From an uncultured Methanoregulaceae archaeon (lineage in GTDB: Archaea; Halobacteriota; Methanomicrobia; Methanomicrobiales; Methanospirillaceae), in the NCBI GenBank assembly GCA_964530035.1, contig CAZGXZ010000003.1, forward strand, positions 1 to 32,252: DNA of 32,252 bases, in the 5' to 3' direction. The notes below the pieces were generated by a model. The model was not told the DNA's origin. It did not search any database and saw only the letters and a program-made list of their open reading frames with translations. Below, in pieces: positions 9,889 to 19,164 of the stretch. Numbering within the stretch: position 1 is the first letter of the stretch; each line of letters begins with the position of its first letter. Made by a program: the position numbers and the translations under genes.

Positions 9889-12450
9889 TCAATAGGTGAA
9901 CCTTGAAATGCTCCTGGAGACGCTGTCCACGATGGTGTTCACGTTCCCTATGACATTGGTTATCTGCTCGACGGCCGCAGAGGCCTCCTCACTGGCAGCC
10001 GCGGACTCCCCCGCCTCACGGGCCGTTGACCTGACAAGCCCGGACACTTCATTCACCGTGGCGGTTATCTCATGGAGGGACGAGGCCTGTTCCTCCGTGG
10101 CAGCTGCGACACCAACTATCGTGGCCGAGATCTCACCGAGCGATGAGTTCATCTGGTTGAATATCTTCAGGGTGTCCGTAAGTGCGGCATTCCCCTTTTT
10201 AACCTCGTTTTCAGCAATTTTAATGGCGTCGTTTGCTTTCTCGGACTGTTTCTGGAGCAGACTTATCATATCGGCAATCTCTTCGGCAGATGACCGTGAC
10301 TCCTGCGCAAGCGACTTGACCTCGGTCGCCACGACGGCAAATCCTCTCCCGGCATCTCCGGCCCGTGCCGCCTCGATCGCAGCGTTCAGTGCAAGGAGGT
10401 TGGTCTGGCTTGCCAGGTCGGAGATCAGCCCGATGATTTTCCCGATCTGATCCATCTGGGACTTTATCTCCTGGATTATCGAGTTTACATCAGAGGTCGC
10501 CCGGGTAATCCCCGCCATTTCCTTTTCGACCGCCTCCGCGGCTCCCGCACCCTGTTCCGAGAGGACATTGGTACTGAGGGCCATTTTTGCGATGGCATCT
10601 GTCTTCTGTGCGACCTCGGAAACGGTTCTGGAAAGGTCTTCCATCGCCTTGAGGGTCTGGCTCAGTTCGGAGTCGCAGTTTTCGGCATTCAGGCTGACCG
10701 CCTGGGAACTCTTGGAGACCTGTACCGCGCCNNNNNNNNNNGCATGGGCCTCCTCGGCCCCTGCGGCAAGCTCATTGACCTGACGTGAGATATGCGACAG
10801 GACATCAGAAATCCCCTGGCCGATATTGTTCAGGGAGTCCCTGATGATGACAAAATCACCCTTGATTTCAAGTTTTTCGTTGAAACGGGTCTCAAGGTGT
10901 CCCTTGGAATAGTTTTCCGACACCCGGGATATCTCCCCGACCGCTTCGGACACCTTGGAGCCGATGTTTTCAAGGGCCTCCTTCAGGGCCCGGAAGTCGC
11001 CGGAAAACTCAAGCCTGTCGTCCATGCGGGCAGTGAAGTTGCAGTTTGCATATTCCTTCGAGAGACGCAGAGTTTCCTGGACGGGAGCGGCCATGATGTC
11101 AAGCATGCCGTTGATACCCTCTATCATCTTCCCGTTCGCACCGGAGTACTTGGTAACATCAGCACGGACCGACAGCCTGCCTTCGTGGGCCGCCGTTGTC
11201 AGCATCCTGATGTCCTCGTTCCGCATCAGGACGGTTTTTATCAGCAGGTTGAGGTTTGTCCTGATCTCGTTGAAATCACCCTGGTAGGTATCCGTGATAG
11301 GGGAGGGGATCTCCCCGTTGCTAATCATCTCGATGTATCGGGCCGCCATTCTCATCGGAGTGATAACCGCGTCAAGGACATTATTGACACCGTCGAGCAT
11401 TTTACCATTATAGCCGGGATATTTCGTTGTGTCCACCCGTGTCGCGAGGTCCCCCCTGACCGCCGCTTCGGTCAGCATTTTGAGGTCCGCGTTCCTCATG
11501 TTGACAACGTTCGTCAGGTCGTTCAGTCCCCTGACGAGCCGTCCATACTCCCCGGGGTACTCTCTGGAGATGCTTTCCGGGAGCGTGCCAGCAGAGATCT
11601 GGCCGATGTAGCTCACGGCAATGTTAAAGGGTGCAATTATCGCTTCAAGAAGGGCGTTGATCTCCCGGATGAGTTTCCCGTTCGCACCGGCATACTTCGT
11701 ATCGTCGAGACGTCCTGAAAGGTCCCCCCGTTCAAGCGCCAGCGACAGGTTTGCTATGTCCTGGTTCCTGGTCTGGATCAGGCTGATAAGGTTGTTGATA
11801 TCCGTTGCAGCAGTACCGAGGGGACCGGGGCACGTAACAGGAATCATCCCTGGTACCTCGCCACTGCTGATCTGGTGAATGGTATTTCCTATCTGTCCGA
11901 TAGGAATTGTCAGGGTATCCAGGATGCTGTTCACTGCCTCTGCCATAACCTTGAAATCTCCTGACATTTGAGCCGGATCGGCTCGTGCCGAAAAATTCCC
12001 GTCGCGTATATCCTCTGCGAGCCTGGTAAAAACACCGAGGGCCGTTTTCTGGTCCTTCTGGTCGACCAGCACCTTGATCACACCGGTCACATCCCCCTTG
12101 GTGCTTTTTATCGGGGAAACCGCATATTTTACCGGGTTGGAAAAACCGTTCCGGCTCAGGACCCCTTCTCCGGTCTGGGGCATGGCCGTGATGACCGCCT
12201 GTGTTACAACATCACCACTGCCGTTCTCAAAATTGCCAATAATAAGATTGCAGTACTTTCCTATACAGGCATCGGGGGGTCTCCCCGCCATGTGCTCCGC
12301 GGAACGGTTCATGGAAGAAATGGTCAGGTCGGGATGAAGACTGAAGAGAGATATTCCCATGGCATCAATTGCAGCCTGAATGGCCAGACTGGACTCTTTT
12401 CCGGGGTCACAATACCTCTCACAATCACCGTGGTTATTTTCCAATCCCAT
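9889..12450 (-). CDS. Soluble methyl-accepting chemotaxis protein, PAS-(HAMP-like)n-MA (contains assembly gap)
   Basis: N-terminal PAS, about five repeated units (GDLxxRxDxxKYxGxNGK), and MA tip [36 protein letters not shown]-gap at 10732-10741. Start uncertain (12450 or later). Confidence 0.92.
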   Translation of the reverse strand: MGLENNHGDCERYCDPGKESSLAIQAAIDAMGISLFSLHPDLTISSMNRSAEHMAGRPPDACIGKYCNLIIGNFENGSGDVVTQAVITAMPQTGEGVLSRNGFSNPVKYAVSPIKSTKGDVTGVIKVLVDQKDQKTALGVFTRLAEDIRDGNFSARADPAQMSGDFKVMAEAVNSILDTLTIPIGQIGNTIHQISSGEVPGMIPVTCPGPLGTAATDINNLISLIQTRNQDIANLSLALERGDLSGRLDDTKYAGANGKLIREINALLEAIIAPFNIAVSYIGQISAGTLPESISREYPGEYGRLVRGLNDLTNVVNMRNADLKMLTEAAVRGDLATRVDTTKYPGYNGKMLDGVNNVLDAVITPMRMAARYIEMISNGEIPSPITDTYQGDFNEIRTNLNLLIKTVLMRNEDIRMLTTAAHEGRLSVRADVTKYSGANGKMIEGINGMLDIMAAPVQETLRLSKEYANCNFTARMDDRLEFSGDFRALKEALENIGSKVSEAVGEISRVSENYSKGHLETRFNEKLEIKGDFVIIRDSLNNIGQGISDVLSHISRQVNELAAGAEEAHXXXXGAVQVSKSSQAVSLNAENCDSELSQTLKAMEDLSRTVSEVAQKTDAIAKMALSTNVLSEQGAGAAEAVEKEMAGITRATSDVNSIIQEIKSQMDQIGKIIGLISDLASQTNLLALNAAIEAARAGDAGRGFAVVATEVKSLAQESRSSAEEIADMISLLQKQSEKANDAIKIAENEVKKGNAALTDTLKIFNQMNSSLGEISATIVGVAAATEEQASSLHEITATVNEVSGLVRSTAREAGESAAASEEASAAVEQITNVIGNVNTIVDSVSRSISRFTY

Positions 12451-12589
12451 CAACTCCAGAATGATTAGGAAGCGGATGAAAACGTGCCCATATATACATC
12501 GTTGCAAATTGCAATGCAAAATAATCAACTATATATACTCAAATTGCATTGCATCGTTATCTATCATTATCGGGAATGAGTGATGGGTA

Positions 12590-14311
12590 TTGCTAGGCAA
12601 TGACCAGGTACAGGAACGGATCAGGGAAGTCCTGAAAAAGAATGGAAAACCCATGAACATTGGTGAAATAGCCTGTTCCCTGGGGATTAACAGGAACACG
12701 ACCGCCCGCTACCTTGACATCCTGTACCATTCCAAGCAGGTGGAAATGCGACAGCAGGGCATGGCAAAAAAATACTACCTGTCTGACACCATTCCGCTCT
12801 CCTCCATCCTGAACTATTCATCAGACTTCATCATCATCCTTGACAAGGACCTCAGGATCCTGTACGTGAATGACAACCTGCTCCAGTTCGAGCAGAAGAG
12901 CCGCGAGTCCCTCCTTGGCATCAGGATCAATTCCGTCAGGCTCTCCATAACCGACGACCCGGAGATCGCCGGCGCACTGGAGTCTTCACCTTCAAAGAAA
13001 GTCTGCAGGACGACAATACGGAGAAATATAGCAGGAAACGAAAGGTTCTTTTCCGTCACCATTGCGCATATCTTTCTGGCCCCTCTGAAAACGGCGATCT
13101 CAGTCATAGCCGAAGACATCACGGAACGCGAGAGGTATGCAACCGCCCTGAAAGAGAATGAAGAACGTTTCAGGAGGATTTTTGAACATGCAGCCGTCGG
13201 GACCCTGGAAACAACGGTGGACGGGACATGCACAGGAGTCAACAAGGCAATGGCTGCATTTACCGGGTTCAGCCCAGAGGAGATGCTCGGAAAGACGCTT
13301 GCCGAGTTCATTCATCCCGATGATGTATACCTGGTAGAAAAAAGCCTGGAAAAATATGTGGTCAGGGAGAGCAAAGTGCTTTCATTCGAAGCGCGGGTCG
13401 TCACACGTTCAGGGAGAAATGCCTTTGGCTGGTTCAGTATTTCGCCACTTGCTGATATCCGGGGAACCGTCTTCCGACTGGTATGCCAGGTCCACGACAT
13501 CACGCAGAGGAAGGAAGCGGAACTTGCCCTCATGAACAGTGAAGAGCGGTTCAGGCAGTTCATTGAACATTTTCCCGGGATTGTTTTTGTTAAGGACCAT
13601 GAACTCAGGATGACCTATGCTTCCCGGTCGATTGAACGCATTTTCAACCGCCCGATGAAAGAGATCCTCTATCGCCGGAATGATGAGCTCTATCCGCCGG
13701 ACCAGGCAGGACAGGTATCGCGTGAGGAGTCATCCGTGCTTGTAATGCAAGAGGGCGATTTCCTTCACAAAGAAGAAATATTCGAGCTCGACGGTTCTCC
13801 GCACCACTTTGCCACATATAAATTTCCTCTCATGCAGGCCACTGGCAACCCCTGTATCGGCGGGCTATCCTTGGATATCACCGACGTGAAGAGGCTGCAG
13901 TTTGCCCTGATCCGAAGCGAGGAGAATTTCCGGCTCCTTGCCGAGCAGTCATCTGATATTATTGCACGGGTGTCCACAAATGGAGTTTTCCTCTATGTAT
14001 CCCCCTCTGTTATCACGATTACAGGGTATTACCCCCTGGAACTCATCGGGAGATCTGTTCTGGATTTCATCCACCCTGATGAAAAGGACACCATCAAGAA
14101 CATATACACCATGCTGTTGACAGGACTGAAAAAAACGACCATTCTTACAAGGATTAACCACAAATCCGGGGAATATGTCTGGCTTGAATCTCATATCAGC
14201 CTGATTACACGCCAGGGAGGGGGAGGTCCTTCCGAGATCTATCTGGTCCTGCGGGATATTTCTGACAGGATATCTCAGGAAAGCACCAGCCCCCGTAATA
14301 ATGAACTTTGA
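12590..14311 (+). CDS. Winged-HTH plus four PAS/PAC domain sensor/regulator with no kinase output
   Basis: N-terminal MNIGEIACSLGINRNTTARYLDIL...AKKYYL wHTH; PAS hallmarks (FIHPDD, FIHPDE, EDITER, HDITQRK, LDITDVK, RDISDR) separated by EERFR linkers. TTG start is uncertain. Confidence 0.9.
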   Translation: MLGNDQVQERIREVLKKNGKPMNIGEIACSLGINRNTTARYLDILYHSKQVEMRQQGMAKKYYLSDTIPLSSILNYSSDFIIILDKDLRILYVNDNLLQFEQKSRESLLGIRINSVRLSITDDPEIAGALESSPSKKVCRTTIRRNIAGNERFFSVTIAHIFLAPLKTAISVIAEDITERERYATALKENEERFRRIFEHAAVGTLETTVDGTCTGVNKAMAAFTGFSPEEMLGKTLAEFIHPDDVYLVEKSLEKYVVRESKVLSFEARVVTRSGRNAFGWFSISPLADIRGTVFRLVCQVHDITQRKEAELALMNSEERFRQFIEHFPGIVFVKDHELRMTYASRSIERIFNRPMKEILYRRNDELYPPDQAGQVSREESSVLVMQEGDFLHKEEIFELDGSPHHFATYKFPLMQATGNPCIGGLSLDITDVKRLQFALIRSEENFRLLAEQSSDIIARVSTNGVFLYVSPSVITITGYYPLELIGRSVLDFIHPDEKDTIKNIYTMLLTGLKKTTILTRINHKSGEYVWLESHISLITRQGGGGPSEIYLVLRDISDRISQESTSPRNNEL

Positions 14312-14650
14312 TCTCCCGATTTTATCGAATCGGCTGAACAATGCTTTTTTTAACAAAAAAGGACGGTAAGATTCATTATTCGAATAAAAGTGCCTCCAGC
14401 ATACCCGGATTTCATGGAGGTGCCCTTCCAGGGATGCCCTTTGCGAGTATCCTCCCCGGGAAACACCGGAACGATATGAAAGAAAAATCTCGAATATGAT
14501 AGCAAAAAAGACTGGATGGTATTCCCTGTTCCCATTAGGGATATTCATGGGCCCGAAGGTATGAAACCGGTTCACCGTTCTCCCGGAGCAGGGTACGGTG
14601 ATGGAATCAGTGTTGTTATCATGAAGGACTCACTGCAGGGAGGAACACGG

Positions 14651-15532
14651 TCACAACGACTTCCCGCACCGGCTGCAGAACCGTGACCCGACCCTGACCG
14701 GGTTGTGACATGACGGGCATACGGGCCCCCGGGGCGGCGCATTTGAAGTGCCTGCCCCGACCTTGCTGCCACACCGGCCGCAGAACGCCGCCCCCGGCTT
14801 CAGGGGCTTTTTGCAGGACGGACAGAGGGGTTGCGAAAAAACGGTGACCGGCCTGCCCTGGGAGTGGGTTCCTGACTCCCTGGCGGTGATAGTATGGCCG
14901 CATTTCACGCAGAACCTGGCGCCAGGCTTGAGAGGGGTGCTGCAGGCCGTGCAGAACCTGGCGGTTTCCGGCTCGTGCCGGGGTTCCTGGACGGAAGGTC
15001 CCCGGGGCTCTTCCTGCTCCTGTCCGGAGGGGTGTCCTGCCGGAGGGGACATGGCAGGGTGAACCTCAACGGGCGCGGCAACCTCTTCCCCGTCCTGGAC
15101 CTTGACCTGGTCCTCCCAGGCCACGTTGCTCCTGTCGAGGAATATGGCAACCACCTTCTGGAGCTTCTCGACCTGTTCCTCAAGCGGGGGTGTGAAGGCA
15201 TCGAGCCAGTGAGCGGTTCCGATATAGTACTGCAACGCTTTCGAGGGCTCCACGGCCTCGACCCGGAAGGGGATGATGACGATGTTGTTGTTAAAGGCCC
15301 GCTGGACCTCGCTCATGATGTGCGGGGACTTGTTCGTGATGTCGGAAAAGACGAGGACGAATATCCGGCTCGAATCGATGGCGTCGTAGAGCGCCTCTGC
15401 AAAGTTCTGTCCCGGGAGGATGTCCCTCGGTGCCATCCAGCAGCGGTACTGCTGCTGTTCGAGGCTGGCGCATATCGTATCCGCCACCGCCTTGTTCTCG
15501 GAGGGGTAGCTGATGAAAATATCGTGCACCAT
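14651..15532 (-). CDS. TIR-domain protein with three C-terminal zinc ribbons
   Basis: HDIFISY box 1, CWMAPRDILPG, AIDSSRIFVLVFS, SPHIMSEV (Glu at the catalytic position) and IIPFRVE; Pro/Glu-rich linker; three CxxC-x10-CxxCG units. Confidence 0.93.
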   Translation of the reverse strand: MVHDIFISYPSENKAVADTICASLEQQQYRCWMAPRDILPGQNFAEALYDAIDSSRIFVLVFSDITNKSPHIMSEVQRAFNNNIVIIPFRVEAVEPSKALQYYIGTAHWLDAFTPPLEEQVEKLQKVVAIFLDRSNVAWEDQVKVQDGEEVAAPVEVHPAMSPPAGHPSGQEQEEPRGPSVQEPRHEPETARFCTACSTPLKPGARFCVKCGHTITARESGTHSQGRPVTVFSQPLCPSCKKPLKPGAAFCGRCGSKVGAGTSNAPPRGPVCPSCHNPVRVGSRFCSRCGKSL

Positions 15533-15677
15533 GGGAAAGCGCATTATCCCTATGTAAAAAAAATGCTATATAGGTATCGAGAATGGAAAAAATTCCCGTT
15601 CCTTCAGATTCGGAGACGATATTCCCACCTGTTGCGCCGAATGCATTATTACGAAACCTGTGTAACGGGAATCATCC

Positions 15678-16697
15678 ATGATCCCCCTGCTGGTCCTCGC
15701 CATCGCCCCGGGCATCTTCGTCCTCTGGTATTTCTACCACCGCGACCGGTACGAACCTGAACCCCTCACGTATGTCGTGAAGGTGTTCCTGTACGGGGCC
15801 CTGGCAACGGTTCCCGCAGTCCTCCTTGAACTGCCCTTCCCGGAAGGGTTCCTATCCACGGTGGTCGCAGCACCTGTCGTCGAAGAATCAATGAAATTCC
15901 TGGTGGTGTACCTGACGGTCTTCCGGGACCGGGAGTTCGATGAGCCCGTGGACGGGATCGTGTATGCGGTCGCCGCGGCACTCGGGTTCGCGACGGTTGA
16001 AAACATCTTCTATGTCATGGTGGGCGGGTTCGAGACCGGCCTTCTCCGGGCGTTCCTATCCGTCCCTGGCCATGCCCTTTTTGCCGTCTTCTGGGGGTAT
16101 GCCCTCGGGGTCGCAAAGTTCCGGCCCCGTTCAGAATGGCCGGTGCTGTTGGGCGGAGGCCTTGCGGGAGGGATCCTCATGCACGCAGCCTTCAACGGGC
16201 TCCTCTTCTTTGGAAATCTCGCAGGACTTGTCGTCGTCGGCCTGTTCGTGGTACCGTTCGGATGGTGGATGGCCCACCGGAACATCGCCAGGGCTGAAAA
16301 CCACCCGGCCTGTGCGAAGTTCTCGGCACGGGGGGAGCCGACGGAGCCGCTGCCTCTGTCATCTATGGTCCAGGAGACCTGTCCGAAGTGCGGTTCGCCT
16401 GCCAGGCCCGGTGCACGGTTCTGTAACATGTGCGGCCTTGACATCCTCGGCATGAAGGAACACCATGCGGCCGTGCGGGAAACAACCGAAGGTCCAGGCA
16501 GGATATGCGCTCAGTGCGGAAAAAGCACCCCTGATGGCTCACGGTTCTGCATCCACTGCGGTTCCCGGCAGGACGCTTCAACAGGGCATCCAGCCGGCGG
16601 ACCATTGTCCTGCCCTGCCTGCGGAGAGGATATCCCTGAAGGCACCCGGTTCTGTCCGGCATGTGGCCTGGACCTTCGCAAAGACTCACGGATGTGA
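15678..16697 (+). CDS. PrsW-family intramembrane protease with three C-terminal zinc ribbons
   Basis: DRYEPEP, APVVEESMK, FDEPVDGIVY...GFATVEN, GHALF and HAAFN motifs, then three CxxC-x10-CxxCG units. Confidence 0.93.
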   Translation: MIPLLVLAIAPGIFVLWYFYHRDRYEPEPLTYVVKVFLYGALATVPAVLLELPFPEGFLSTVVAAPVVEESMKFLVVYLTVFRDREFDEPVDGIVYAVAAALGFATVENIFYVMVGGFETGLLRAFLSVPGHALFAVFWGYALGVAKFRPRSEWPVLLGGGLAGGILMHAAFNGLLFFGNLAGLVVVGLFVVPFGWWMAHRNIARAENHPACAKFSARGEPTEPLPLSSMVQETCPKCGSPARPGARFCNMCGLDILGMKEHHAAVRETTEGPGRICAQCGKSTPDGSRFCIHCGSRQDASTGHPAGGPLSCPACGEDIPEGTRFCPACGLDLRKDSRM

Positions 16698-16926
16698 GGC
16701 CTGATAATTCCCATGATCACGCCCCGGATGAATCTTCAACAAGGGTCGACCCATTCCCGGCGGAAAAGGGCATGCGGGCGGGATCTGCGCTGAGCGACAA
16801 GGTCCTGGTGCCTGGAGAGGCGAGGCGGGGAATGAAGATGGGCTTTTAGGCCTTGAAGGCTTGAGAGAGTCCCCGGCCCTTCCTTTCGGGCATATCTTTT
16901 AATTGAAGGATGGAAAAGTAAAATAT

Positions 16927-17312
16927 ATGGCTGCTCGCTTTTGCGAAAACTGCGGAGACCCTGTATCGGCTGATGAAGTGTTCTGTGAAAAATGCGGGAA
17001 CAGGATAGAACAGGCCTCTGCAGGACAGACCGCACCTCCCCCTGCCTACCAGGCCCAGCCCCCCGTTGCGGCCCAGCAACCAAAACAGACCAAAACCCGA
17101 TTATTGCCGCGGTGCTGTCCCTGCTCCTCTGCGGTGTCGGCCAGATGTACAACGGCCAGTGGAAAAAAGGGATCGTCCTCCTGGTCGGTGTTATCATCCT
17201 TGCCTACCTTATCGGCATATTCGCCATCGTTGTCACGTTGTATGCCATTTATGACGCATACACAACCGCGAACAAGATCAATAACGGCGAACAGGTGAAG
17301 GACCTCTTTTAA
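16927..17312 (+). pseudogene. Zinc-ribbon plus TM2-like small membrane protein, split by a 1-bp frameshift (real lesion or sequencing error)
   Basis: Frame 1 gives MAARFCENCG...FCEKCG and a Pro/Gln linker; the other frame gives NPIIAAVLSLLLCGVGQMYNGQWKKG...IYDAY. Adding one A to the A4 run at 17092-17095 fuses them as ...QTKNPIIAAVLS. Confidence 0.85.
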
Positions 17313-17522
17313 GTCAATAGCTCCACCTGTTTTTTCCCTGCGCACACCTCTCCCTGCCGGAAGTTCCGGTTCCCGTGGCGGCAGGGTGCGACCTCCAGGA
17401 AGTTCGTCACCAGCAGGTTATACTTTCGGGGAGAAAAGCCACGGAGCCAGGAATAGTGCCGGGGAATTGCATCCTTCCTGCAGATCCCCCTTTTAAAAAA
17501 TGATTATGGGTACTGACCGGGA

Positions 17523-17729
17523 CTACGTTCCCTGGCCGGCCGGGAGTGTCTCCCACTGGGTGATAAACGAATCCAGCACTTCGGAAGACCACTCTGCCGG
17601 GTTTCCATGCTTCCGCAGGAAGTCAAGCATGAGGTTCATCTCGCACAGTGAAAAAAATTCATCAATACGGTGAATGCCCGTTTTCTCCTGGCGATTGATG
17701 TTTACTGCTTCCATATACGTTTGAATCAT
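17523..17729 (-). CDS. Small hypothetical protein (68 aa)
   Basis: ATG start preceded by CAGGTA, AT-rich promoter-like region upstream, helical-looking sequence; no recognisable family. Confidence 0.5.
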   Translation of the reverse strand: MIQTYMEAVNINRQEKTGIHRIDEFFSLCEMNLMLDFLRKHGNPAEWSSEVLDSFITQWETLPAGQGT

Positions 17730-18078
17730 TACCTGATAACTCTATAAATACTTATTGAAGAAAGTATATATATGATTTAGTAATTAAGGTTGTCCAGCCC
17801 TTTGATTCGCATTCGAGAGTCATATCCAGGGATAAAAAAGGGAGAAAACCTGCCACCCGCTAATACAAAACAGGCTGCAAATCGTCATAGGATCATGGAA
17901 AAAACTAATATTTGCCATTTTTTAGAAGTCAATACCTGTCGCCATGCAGAAGATCTCCAAATAACCGGTCAGGGTAAAGGCCGTTGCGCGATCAGGACAC
18001 AAATGAATGGACAGATAAGGATCCGGGCATGCCCTGCTGGTCCAGGGGGAAGGGGGTCCATCACCATGGAGGAACGGA

Positions 18079-18327
18079 ATGACTGATGACCTCATGGAGG
18101 AGATCATGCAGCACCTCCTCATGATAGAGCATGCGTACGGGGTGAGGATCCTCGACAAGGACGATATCTGCGGTTTCATCCTCCGCGCTACCAGCAGCCG
18201 CCGTGAGATACTCACCATCGCCCTTGCCCTCAACAACTGGATGGCAGTCAACAGCCTTCCCGGGAACGTCCGTATCGGGACGAAGACCATGCAGGATATC
18301 ATTGCGGCGACGGTCGGGCGGTGGTAA
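18079..18327 (+). CDS. Small hypothetical protein (82 aa)
   Basis: GGAGG upstream of the ATG, GC3-rich codon usage, T-run downstream. Confidence 0.65.
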   Translation: MTDDLMEEIMQHLLMIEHAYGVRILDKDDICGFILRATSSRREILTIALALNNWMAVNSLPGNVRIGTKTMQDIIAATVGRW

Positions 18328-18473
18328 CACCAGCCGGGTTTTTTCTCCGGCTGATCCTGTCCCGGGTCCTCCTGTTGCCGGGTAATCCCCATGAGGGACG
18401 TTTACCTGCCCGTCACTTTCACCCCTCATGCCCATCATGCTTTTACAAATGGTACATACACAGACTGAATGGT

Positions 18474-18950
18474 ATGACCGATGAAATTACCCTCGTCGAC
18501 CTTCCGGCGCAGAAGGTCCTTGGTATGACGCAGGCCGGGGATTACCGCCTTATTCCCGGGTTGATCACGACTATCTACAACCACATCGCCTCGCACCAGG
18601 TCACCGTCACCGGCCCTCCCGTGTTCATATGTCATGAGACATCCCCCGAGGAGGTTAAAGCCGCAATGGAAAAACAGAACGCCCGTGTCGAAGTCGCCTG
18701 GCCGGTTTCCGGGCGGGTCGTGGAGACAGACGAGATACGGTCGTATGACCTTCCCGGCGGGAGGATGGTGCATGCCGTGCACAAGGGGCCGTACGAGACC
18801 TGCGAGCCTACCTACCTCCGTGTCTTTGCATGGATAGCGGAAAAACGGCTGTGTATCAGCGGCCCGGTACGCGAGGTGTACACGAACGACCCGGCGATGG
18901 TACCACCCGGGGAGCTCCTCACCGAGATCTATATCCCTGTCCAGGAATGA
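18474..18950 (+). CDS. Stand-alone GyrI-like (AraC/BmrR effector-binding) small-molecule binding protein
   Basis: GPPVFICH, LPGGRMVHAVHKGPYE, GPVREVYTNDP and LLTEIYIPV motifs; start trimmed to ATG 18474. Confidence 0.9.
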   Translation: MTDEITLVDLPAQKVLGMTQAGDYRLIPGLITTIYNHIASHQVTVTGPPVFICHETSPEEVKAAMEKQNARVEVAWPVSGRVVETDEIRSYDLPGGRMVHAVHKGPYETCEPTYLRVFAWIAEKRLCISGPVREVYTNDPAMVPPGELLTEIYIPVQE

Positions 18951-19164
18951 CCCGGGTCCCCCCTCTCCATACCTGGGAAAATAGCCTGGCCTGACTGCAG
19001 GGAAAAGGTCCTTTAGAAACGTCTACCGTGGGTCCCGCTTAGGGTCAGGAAAACCTGCGTCCAGGAGAAGCTGTGCCATCCTGACGTGGAGCCATCCCTA
19101 TCGTTCCCACAGTGACATGACCTGATATCTTAATCCACAGGGACGTCGCACATACAGATTGACT

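Noticed and set aside
10732..10741. Apparent 4-residue deletion in the second chemoreceptor
   Set aside because: It coincides with a 10-N scaffold gap; comparison with the paralogue suggests about 12 more bases are simply missing from the assembly.
3518..11718. Long antisense ORFs (3518-4204, 5840-6520, 7348-8016, 7769-8470, 8017-8625, 10792-11718)
   Set aside because: Shadow ORFs of GC3-rich genes with no recognisable domains.
14651..15532. Calling the TIR gene Thoeris thsB or a CBASS/Pycsar effector
   Set aside because: No ThsA, cyclase or nucleotide-sensing domain is present in the protein or the window.
14894..15760. 288-aa + strand ORF spanning the TIR gene
   Set aside because: Antisense to a clear TIR gene, with low-complexity translation and no motifs.
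17079..17100. Programmed -1 ribosomal frameshift in the ZnR-TM2 gene
   Set aside because: No in-frame X XXY YYZ slippery heptamer and no obvious downstream stimulatory structure; a 1-bp deletion or sequencing error is simpler.
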